From the NCBI GenBank assembly GCA_964558645.1, contig CAZLEV010000009.1, forward strand, positions 91,668-108,148: a stretch of DNA of 16,481 bases. Reading direction: 5' to 3'. The stretch is from an uncultured archaeon (GTDB lineage: Archaea > Asgardarchaeota > Thorarchaeia > Thorarchaeales > Thorarchaeaceae). A model generated the notes under the pieces. The model searched no databases. It worked only from the letters and a program-made list of their open reading frames with translations, and was not told the DNA's origin. Positions 7,950-14,856 of this stretch are shown here, one piece after another. Made by a program: the position numbers and the translations under genes. The number at the start of each line of letters is the position of its first letter. Position 1 is the stretch's first letter.

Positions 7950-8558
7950 ATGACAGAAGAAACTCCAGGGGAGAATGAACCCAGCTGGGTCAGGCATACT
8001 CTAAGATGCAGAATGTCAAAACTGGAGTTTCCTGAAGCGTGTCCGGTCTGTATGCGGGAGCCCGAGGATCTTGTCACTGTCACAGTTATAGAGAAATCGA
8101 GCTTCGACAAAGGATCCGACAATATCATCAGTGAGTATAGGGGGGTAAGAAGCGAAGTAGATACGGCACTGGCACAGGCAAGGGGTGCTACCACTTTCTG
8201 GGTTCCGACCTGCATGCAACATGGTACTGGCAGTCTCAGAACTGATAGGAGCAAACTTGTCGCCGTCTGTGGTTTCTTCGGCTTGTTCTACATTGTCCTG
8301 TACTACATCCTTGCAGTCATTAATGCCATCCAGTACTCACGACCGCTCTTCCTTCCAGCTGCGGGTCTGGCTATAAGCTCGGGAGTCATGCTGTTGTTGC
8401 TACTCTACGGAGCCATACCCAGATCTCTCGAACGGAACCTCAAGTTTATCGACATAGACAGGGGAAAGGATTTTGTCTACCTGCAGATACGCAATCCAGA
8501 TTATGCTGAGGCGTTCAGGCAGCAAAACCAAATGCACGCGGATGTAATACACCGATGA
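7950..8558 (+). CDS. Hypothetical 2-TM membrane protein with a putative split Zn site (CxxC...CxxH)
   Basis: FPEACPVC and VPTCMQH in the soluble N-terminal part, two hydrophobic helices, and a C-terminal NPDYAEAFRQQN helix. Confidence 0.75.
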   Translation: MTEETPGENEPSWVRHTLRCRMSKLEFPEACPVCMREPEDLVTVTVIEKSSFDKGSDNIISEYRGVRSEVDTALAQARGATTFWVPTCMQHGTGSLRTDRSKLVAVCGFFGLFYIVLYYILAVINAIQYSRPLFLPAAGLAISSGVMLLLLLYGAIPRSLERNLKFIDIDRGKDFVYLQIRNPDYAEAFRQQNQMHADVIHR

Positions 8559-8595
8559 GAGTCAGAATCCTTTCGTCAAAGGTATCAGTCGCAAA

Positions 8596-9852
8596 TTGCA
8601 TGTACACTATAGCGAACAGCTCGATCCAATCACGGAGGGGATTAGAATCCAAAGAAAGGCAGCCATGATTGTACTGTTGTTCATTGTTCTTCTTGTACTG
8701 CCTCGAGGCACGGTACTCGTAGGCACTCCCCGGCCGACCATCGAAATCACTCTCAAAAGTCTTGGAGAGAACACTGCACAGTTTGCAAATCAGTCTCTAG
8801 AGTTCGTCAGCGATGAAGATCTTACTCATCTTCCTGGTGCTGGAACCAAAGAAGACCCATACAGGCTAGAGGACGCCAGTATTTCGGCAGAACCGCCCTG
8901 CCTCATCATCAGAGATATCGACACTCACATGCTGATACAGAACTCTGTCTTTGTCGCGAAATCCACCGAGTCTGCAGCAATCTTGATTGAAAACTCACGG
9001 AACATCGTTTTACGGGGTGTTGAAATCCGAAATGGTCGGTGTGGAGTGCGGTTCTTGCATAGTGACTCGTGTTTGATAGATTCGTGCAATATCACCGGAG
9101 CCAACGAGGGAATCACCTCCAGTATATCAAGGAACAACACAATAGAGAACAGCAATGTGTTTCGCAACACCATCGGGATGATGTTCCAATCCACAAACAC
9201 AACGCTAGTCAAATCCAGCAGCATCTTCGGCAATACGCAATGGGGAATTCAACTGCATGAGTCTTGTAGTGGAAATGAGATTTACTACAACCGCATAGGT
9301 TGGAATGCGAACTGGAGAACCGTTTCATGGGGGCGCAATGCCATGGACAACGGGGCGAACAATACATGGGATGACGGGGTAAGCAGGGGAAACAACTACA
9401 CCGACTATGACCAAGAAGCAACAGTTCTAATCCCCGGGACGGCAGGGGCTGTGGATAGATATCCCTCGGAGTTAGTAGACGACCAAGCTCCAGTCATCGA
9501 CAGACCGGAGCACGTATCCTTCGCGCACGGCTCATTGGACAATTCAGTGACATGGTCAGCCACTGATAGGTTTCCAGCTGAATACGCGGTCCGGCTGGGC
9601 CCCACACGTGTGTATGCCGCAGGACACTGGCATAGCAACATCTCTGTCAATCTTGATGACCTGAGTGTAGGGATGCACAACATGACAATTGAAGTCAAGG
9701 ACTACGCACAGAATGCAGCCTATAGCTTCGTCACAGTCTATGTGAGTGTCAGTTTTCTCAGCGGAGAAGGAGCGGGAATTGTGATTGCGTCATCTCTGCT
9801 GAGCGTGGTGGCTGTTGCCCTGCTCATCAGCGGCTTCAAGAAGCTTCGTTGA
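8596..9852 (+). CDS. Secreted, membrane-anchored right-handed beta-helix (NosD/PbH1-like) protein with an Ig-like domain
   Basis: Hydrophobic signal segment, GAGTKEDPYRLE, ~22-aa Asn-rich repeats, GNNYTDY...IPGTAGAVDRYP cap, Ig-like domain, C-terminal TM and KKLR. The start is uncertain (TTG 8596, ATG 8665, or a codon just after GGAGGGG at 8634-8640). Confidence 0.85.
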   Translation: MHVHYSEQLDPITEGIRIQRKAAMIVLLFIVLLVLPRGTVLVGTPRPTIEITLKSLGENTAQFANQSLEFVSDEDLTHLPGAGTKEDPYRLEDASISAEPPCLIIRDIDTHMLIQNSVFVAKSTESAAILIENSRNIVLRGVEIRNGRCGVRFLHSDSCLIDSCNITGANEGITSSISRNNTIENSNVFRNTIGMMFQSTNTTLVKSSSIFGNTQWGIQLHESCSGNEIYYNRIGWNANWRTVSWGRNAMDNGANNTWDDGVSRGNNYTDYDQEATVLIPGTAGAVDRYPSELVDDQAPVIDRPEHVSFAHGSLDNSVTWSATDRFPAEYAVRLGPTRVYAAGHWHSNISVNLDDLSVGMHNMTIEVKDYAQNAAYSFVTVYVSVSFLSGEGAGIVIASSLLSVVAVALLISGFKKLR

Positions 9853-10000
9853 TAGATGGCGAAGTTCCCACCGCATCGACATCCTCCGATTCCCATCCTT
9901 CCATGAGAGCAAAAACACGTGGCATTACAGAAAATACATAAGCATCGCAAAGAGGGTCGTGTCCTGACGATTCTCTAGTGAGAAGAGAGATGATCCCAAA

Positions 10001-10576
10001 ATGGCGCTCGACTTTGCTAAAGGTATTACCGAGATCCGTTGGCACGGACGCGGCGGGCAAGGAGTGGTGACCTCGAATCAGATGCTCGGAAAATCAGCAC
10101 TGGCAGAGGGCAACTACATCCAAGCATTCCCCGAGTTCGGCCCTGAAAGAACGGGGGCTCCGGTGCGTGCGTTCCTGAGAATCAGCAAGAACCCTATCCA
10201 GATCTATGCCCAGGTATACAAACCAGATATTGTGGTCTGTATTGACCCAACGCTACTCGAAGTGGTCAACCCTGTTGAGGGGCTGAGAGAGGATGGTGTC
10301 CTGGTTCTCAATACTACAAAGACTCCGGAGGAAATCCGGCAGAAGTATGACTTCAAGGGTGGGAAGGTAGTCACCGTTGATGCAACCAAAATTGCGATGG
10401 ACATACTTGGTCGACCATTCTACAACATGCCTACGCTTGCGGCAGCAATCAAGGCAACCAAGATTGTGAATCTCGATACTGCCATTGAAACCGTGGTGGA
10501 AAGATACCCGGGAAAAGTTGGTGACCTGAATAAGGCTGCTATGGAGAGAGCAGCAGAGGAGGCCAAGATAGGATGA
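10001..10576 (+). CDS. porC: Pyruvate/2-oxoacid:ferredoxin oxidoreductase gamma subunit
   Basis: EIRWHGRGGQGVVT, QAFPEFGPERTGAPVRAFLR and PDIVVCIDPTL. Confidence 0.93.
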   Translation: MALDFAKGITEIRWHGRGGQGVVTSNQMLGKSALAEGNYIQAFPEFGPERTGAPVRAFLRISKNPIQIYAQVYKPDIVVCIDPTLLEVVNPVEGLREDGVLVLNTTKTPEEIRQKYDFKGGKVVTVDATKIAMDILGRPFYNMPTLAAAIKATKIVNLDTAIETVVERYPGKVGDLNKAAMERAAEEAKIG

Positions 10577-10869
10577 GTGAAAAGTTTGACGAGATACCAA
10601 TGGCCGGAAATATACTGAAGCCGGGTAATGCAATGGAATACAAGACTGGTGGCTGGCGAGCCGAACGACCCGTTCACATCGCTGAGAAATGTCTGTGGGT
10701 GAAGAACGGCACCTGCGGTCTCTGCTGGATCTATTGCCCTGACAATGCAATACGACTGATTGAGAAGGACGGGAAGTACATCCACGAGTTCGACTATGAC
10801 TACTGTAAGGGCTGCAAGATCTGCTATAATGAATGCCCCACTGACGCGATCGAGATGGAGAGTGAGTGA
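10573..10869 (+). CDS. porD: Pyruvate/2-oxoacid:ferredoxin oxidoreductase delta subunit (2x[4Fe-4S])
   Basis: KTGGWRAERP, C-x7-CGLCWIYCP and DYDYCKGCKICYNECP. ATGA overlap with porC. Confidence 0.92.
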   Translation: MSEKFDEIPMAGNILKPGNAMEYKTGGWRAERPVHIAEKCLWVKNGTCGLCWIYCPDNAIRLIEKDGKYIHEFDYDYCKGCKICYNECPTDAIEMESE

Positions 10870-10870
10870 T

Positions 10871-12076
10871 TTGACAGCGGTTAAGAAGATTCCAGAAGAG
10901 GATATCAAGATTGAAGGCCTCACCGGAGATGCTGCAATAGCCCATGCTCTCAAGCAGTGTGACGTTGACGTACTGGCGGCATATCCGATTACGCCTCAGA
11001 CTATCATCGTTGAGGACTTCCAGAAGTTCGCTGCAGATGGCGAGGTGCAGACAAAGGTCATCCCGGTTGAGTCCGAGCACAGTGCCATGTCAGCCTGTGT
11101 GGGGGCGTCTGCTGCAGGCGCACGAGTCGCCACAGCAACAGCCTCAGCAGGGCTTGCATTGATGTGGGAGATTCTGTATTGCGCTGCCTCTATGCGGATG
11201 CCCATCGTTCTTACCATTGCCAATCGTGCATTGAGTGCGCCGATTAATATCCACAACGATTGGAGCGACTCTTATGGCGCACGCGACAGTGGTTTCATTC
11301 AGATCTACACACAGAACTGTCAGGAGGCGTACGATACCACGATCATGGCATTCAAGATCGCAGAGAACCACGACGTTCTACTACCTATCATGGTCTGCAT
11401 TGATGGTTTCATTCTCAGTCACAATGTTGAGCGAGTTGAGATGCTCCCAGATGATGCCGTGAAAGACTTCCTTGGTGTCAGAGAGCCTGTACAGCCACTC
11501 GACCCAAACAATCCCATCACCATGGGGCCCTTGGCGCTCACCGACTACTACTTCGAGTTCAAGGAACAACAGGATCGGGCAATCAAGAACGTGCCAAAGG
11601 TCTTCCAAGAAGTCGAGGCGGAGTTCGAGAAGATGACTGGGCGCTCCTATGGAATGTTTGAGAATTATAAGACTGAGGATGCCGATATCATCATTCTGAC
11701 CCATAGTACACCTGGCGGCACCGCGAAAGTTGTTGCCGATACTCTTCGAGAGAAGGGCGAGAAGGTAGGCGTTGTAAGGCTGAGGATGTTCAGACCCTTC
11801 CCATCAAAGGAAGTTGCTGAGGTGGTCAAGAATGCCAAGGCTGTGGCGGTGTTCGAGAAGTGCCTGTCCTTTGGTGGGGCGGGCAATCCACTTGCAATGG
11901 AATTACGGACTGCCCTCTATGACCTCGACAACAGGCCGATGGTCACAGACTTCGTCATCGGGTTGGGTGGACGCGATGTTCCGCCAACAACTTTTGTACA
12001 AGGCTATGAGAAGACTAAGGAATACCTCGAGAAAGGCGAGACTCCATCCTATGAAACACTGGGGGTGCGCAAGTAA
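10871..12076 (+). CDS. porA: Pyruvate/2-oxoacid:ferredoxin oxidoreductase alpha subunit
   Basis: AYPITPQT, VESEHSAMSACVGA, ANRALSAPINIHNDWSD, RMFRPFP and GLGGRD. The likely start is TTG 10871 (or GTG 10862). The ORF-track start at 10760 lies deep inside porD. Confidence 0.93.
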   Translation: MTAVKKIPEEDIKIEGLTGDAAIAHALKQCDVDVLAAYPITPQTIIVEDFQKFAADGEVQTKVIPVESEHSAMSACVGASAAGARVATATASAGLALMWEILYCAASMRMPIVLTIANRALSAPINIHNDWSDSYGARDSGFIQIYTQNCQEAYDTTIMAFKIAENHDVLLPIMVCIDGFILSHNVERVEMLPDDAVKDFLGVREPVQPLDPNNPITMGPLALTDYYFEFKEQQDRAIKNVPKVFQEVEAEFEKMTGRSYGMFENYKTEDADIIILTHSTPGGTAKVVADTLREKGEKVGVVRLRMFRPFPSKEVAEVVKNAKAVAVFEKCLSFGGAGNPLAMELRTALYDLDNRPMVTDFVIGLGGRDVPPTTFVQGYEKTKEYLEKGETPSYETLGVRK

Positions 12077-13021
12077 ATGGCGGTTAGACTGAAAGATATG
12101 CTTGAGAAGGACGAGATACTATCATCTGGTCATCGGATGTGTGCAGGTTGTGCTGCACCAACAATTGTGAAACTGATGGGAATGGCTCTTCGAGGACCCA
12201 CGGTGGTCTGTGAGGCTACCGGCTGCCTTGAAGTTGCCACAACCATCTATCCCTATACTGCATGGCGGATACCCTGGATTCATGTGGCATTTGAGAACGC
12301 AGCAGCAGTTGCATCAGGTGTGGCCGAGGCCTATGAGGCCATGATAGAGAAGGGACGAGCCGAGTTCGATCACGTTGATGTCATCGCCATTGGAGGCGAT
12401 GGTGGTACATTCGACATCGGTTTCGGAGCAATCAGTGGCGCTCTTGAGAGAGGGCATGACTTCGTGTATATGGTCTACGACAATGGCGCCTACCAGAACA
12501 CGGGCATCCAGCGTTCAGGAGCCACACTGCCAGGCCAGGAAACTACCACATCTTGGGCAGGAAAGGTGGAGCCGGGTAAACGTCAACGGAAGAAGCCGAT
12601 AACGGACATAGTGGCAGCCCACAAGATACCGTACGTTGCAACAGTAAGTCCCGCATATCACCGTGACTTCGTCCAGAAGTTTCGCAAGGCCCTAGAGGTG
12701 GAAGGGCCGGCGTTCATTCATGCAATCTCACCCTGTCCGAGAGGTTGGCGTTCTGATACTGGAAGAAGCATCGAGCTGGCACGATTGGCTGTTGAAACAG
12801 GCATCCATCCACTCTACGAGGTCTTCGATGGAGAGGAATACAAGATGTCGGGGCCAACCAAGAGGCTCAAGGAACTCAAGCCCATGGAGGACTACATGAA
12901 GCCTCAGGGACAGTTTAGGCACCTCTTCGCTGATGACAAGTGGGAAGACTTCAGGAATCAGATTCAGCAGTGGATCAACGAAGACTGGGACATCCTCAAG
13001 AAGAAGTGCGGTGTGGAATAG
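12077..13021 (+). CDS. porB: Pyruvate/2-oxoacid:ferredoxin oxidoreductase beta subunit (TPP-binding)
   Basis: GHRMCAGC, ATGCLEV, AFENAAAVASG, GGDGG...YDNGAYQNTGIQRS and SPCPRGW. It directly abuts porA. Confidence 0.94.
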   Translation: MAVRLKDMLEKDEILSSGHRMCAGCAAPTIVKLMGMALRGPTVVCEATGCLEVATTIYPYTAWRIPWIHVAFENAAAVASGVAEAYEAMIEKGRAEFDHVDVIAIGGDGGTFDIGFGAISGALERGHDFVYMVYDNGAYQNTGIQRSGATLPGQETTTSWAGKVEPGKRQRKKPITDIVAAHKIPYVATVSPAYHRDFVQKFRKALEVEGPAFIHAISPCPRGWRSDTGRSIELARLAVETGIHPLYEVFDGEEYKMSGPTKRLKELKPMEDYMKPQGQFRHLFADDKWEDFRNQIQQWINEDWDILKKKCGVE

Positions 13022-13030
13022 CCAACTCAA

Positions 13031-13069
13031 AAGGGAGCGTTCTATCGCTCTCTTCTTTTCCTTCTTTCT
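13031..13069 (+). terminator. Putative terminator of the por operon
   Basis: A 9-bp hairpin, AAGGGAGCG-TTCTAT-CGCTCTCTT (one G-U pair), followed by a T-rich pyrimidine tract, about 10 nt after the porB stop. Confidence 0.65.
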
Positions 13070-13219
13070 GAAGTTATTCACCACAGCATCCTCAGGAGGT
13101 TTCAGGTGGGGCTCCGACATGAGTACAACATCGTGCGGTTTCTTGTAGCAAGATTCTGTCAGTGATCATAGAGTCGCAGGGAAGCAGCATTTAAGGCTGC
13201 CAAAGCATGTCTGATCTCG

Positions 13220-14035
13220 ATGTCTATTCGGAATGTATTCGAAATCAAGAGACCATTGATAATGGCCCATAGGGGTGACCCAACATCTGCTCCGGAAAAC
13301 ACGCTCCTTGCCATGGAGAAGGCAGTGGAGATTGGAGCCGACGTCTTGGAAACTGATGTCAGACTTACCAGTGACAACAGGCTTGTGCTTTTCCACGATG
13401 AGACCTTGGATAGGACGACTAATCGGACAGGCCGAGTTCAGGACTACACCCTGGATCAGCTACGCGAGATAGACCTTGGGTGGACGTTCACGCCGGATGA
13501 AGGAGAGACTTATCCGTTTCGAGGACAGGGACACACCATCGTGACGCTAGGCGAGGCCTTGGACCGTTTTGAGAGTGTCTGGATGAATCTTGACATCAAG
13601 AATACAGAATGTATTGCTCCAGAACGGGTTGCAGAGGTGCTTGAGGCACACGATAGACTGGACACAGTTATGGTCGGGTCGTTTCATTCTGAGCAGCTTG
13701 AGCATTTCCGTACACTGGCACCTAGTGTTGTCACTTCTGCCCATCCGGGCGAGGTGAAACGATTCGTCATCAGCCTGAAGACACGGCTTCTGCCGCTGCT
13801 TGTGAGAGATCCAGCATATCGAGCGTTCCAAGTACCTATACGCCAAGGCAACATAGAAATCGTCAACGAACGGTTCATGCAGGAGGCACACAAGCGAGGG
13901 ATAGATGTACATGTCTGGACCATCAACGACCGTAACACGATGGAGTGGCTCATCGATATTGATGTTGACGGCATATTCACTGATGACCCGATGCTCTTGA
14001 AACAAGTCTTGACGGGAAAGGATCTACTTGATTGA
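13220..14035 (+). CDS. Glycerophosphodiester phosphodiesterase (GDPD family)
   Basis: MAHRG...APENT, LETDV, LFHDETLDRTT, NLDIK, VHVWTIND and GIFTDDP. Confidence 0.93.
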   Translation: MSIRNVFEIKRPLIMAHRGDPTSAPENTLLAMEKAVEIGADVLETDVRLTSDNRLVLFHDETLDRTTNRTGRVQDYTLDQLREIDLGWTFTPDEGETYPFRGQGHTIVTLGEALDRFESVWMNLDIKNTECIAPERVAEVLEAHDRLDTVMVGSFHSEQLEHFRTLAPSVVTSAHPGEVKRFVISLKTRLLPLLVRDPAYRAFQVPIRQGNIEIVNERFMQEAHKRGIDVHVWTINDRNTMEWLIDIDVDGIFTDDPMLLKQVLTGKDLLD

Positions 14036-14162
14036 GCTGCCGGTTCGTCAGAAACAGCCGAACAATGTTAATATGTGCTGATAGAACGTCATTGGAACTG
14101 AGGCCCTATTAACCTCGATGTGGGTTCTGGGACCAAATAACGTCTGAACGGTGAAAGGACCA

Positions 14163-14258
14163 ATGACCTGCCCTGAATTCAATGCAGCTGAGAACAGATG
14201 TGGTGTGGATGGCTTCAGGTTCTCGGTCCTTGAACCAAGAATAGATGCAAATAGGTGA
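14163..14258 (+). CDS. 31-aa micro-ORF, truncated paralog of the downstream Cys-rich peptide (possibly a pseudogene)
   Basis: Translated by hand: MTCPEFNAAENRCGVDGFRFSVLEPRIDANR. GGTGA lies 8 nt upstream. The first 20 aa align without gaps to the next ORF. Confidence 0.5.
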   Translation: MTCPEFNAAENRCGVDGFRFSVLEPRIDANR

Positions 14259-14267
14259 GAAGAAGAG

Positions 14268-14402
14268 ATGCCCTGTCCCGAATTTGACGAAGAAACAAAC
14301 ACCTGCAAGGTAGATAATTTTCGCTTCTATGAGGGGATGCAGAAGCCTTGCGAAACTCCAGGAATAAACAAGGATAAGTGCCCTAGATTTGCCATGCGTT
14401 GA
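14268..14402 (+). CDS. 44-aa Cys4 small protein (putative metal-binding)
   Basis: Translated by hand: MPCPEFDEETNTCKVDNFRFYEGMQKPCETPGINKDKCPRFAMR. AGGTGA lies 9 nt upstream. Cys at positions 3, 13, 28 and 38. Confidence 0.68.
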   Translation: MPCPEFDEETNTCKVDNFRFYEGMQKPCETPGINKDKCPRFAMR

Positions 14403-14460
14403 TGCCCTTCAGAGAAGTATCTATTCAAGTCATAGACCTATTTGATTCTCTGAATGGTAT
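14402..14460 (+). other. Predicted two-helix stem-loop immediately after the micro-ORF stop
   Basis: 14402-14416 pairs with 14446-14460 at 14 of 15 positions (one G-U). The inner helix TCTAT/ATAGA (14420-14424 with 14432-14436) closes a 7-nt loop. Confidence 0.45.
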
Positions 14461-14856
14461 AGACCCACTCATCAAGGGCACTTCCCTATTTTCTTTTATG
14501 CCGAAGCACACCGAGAATCCATAACCTAGACGAGCTCCGGTCAAAACTTGGTATCTTGTGTTCAGTAGTCTGTCCCAGAGCCGCACGGATCTCTGTGGAG
14601 CGGGGAGTAAACAGCCGCAGACATGGAACGGCCCCTCTTTGCGACAAACTTCGTCTCCACCTCCAGCATTGGCCGCCTCATCAACTGAGTTCAGATTCCC
14701 GATGTGCTAGGTGGAGCTCGTCGTGTTAGAAACTCTCATTCTGCGTATATTCTTCTTGTATCTGCCACCGTCAACTAAGGTCATTCTCCTGTCCTCTGGA
14801 CATCTGCCTGTGGAGGGGTAGCGACTGCTGTCCAGAGAGTTGGTGAAACCCATCCT

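Noticed and set aside
9853-10000. ncRNA or defined promoter upstream of porC
   Set aside because: Only a weak AT-rich TATA-like patch is present, with no convincing structure or tRNA fold.
10760-10870. N-terminal extension of PorA in the ORF track
   Set aside because: It overlaps porD by 110 nt, and PorA similarity begins only after 10871.
10253-11080. 275-aa minus-strand ORF and the many other antisense or alternative-frame ORFs
   Set aside because: They are shadows of well-supported genes and show no recognisable motifs.
14048-14308. 86-aa minus-strand ORF
   Set aside because: It is antisense to the two micro-ORFs, which have SD motifs and a synonymous-substitution signal. It has no recognisable features.
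14402-14524. 40-aa ORF MPFREVSIQV... overlapping the micro-ORF stop (TGATG)
   Set aside because: It is short, has no SD or motif, and coincides with the hairpin. The support is insufficient.
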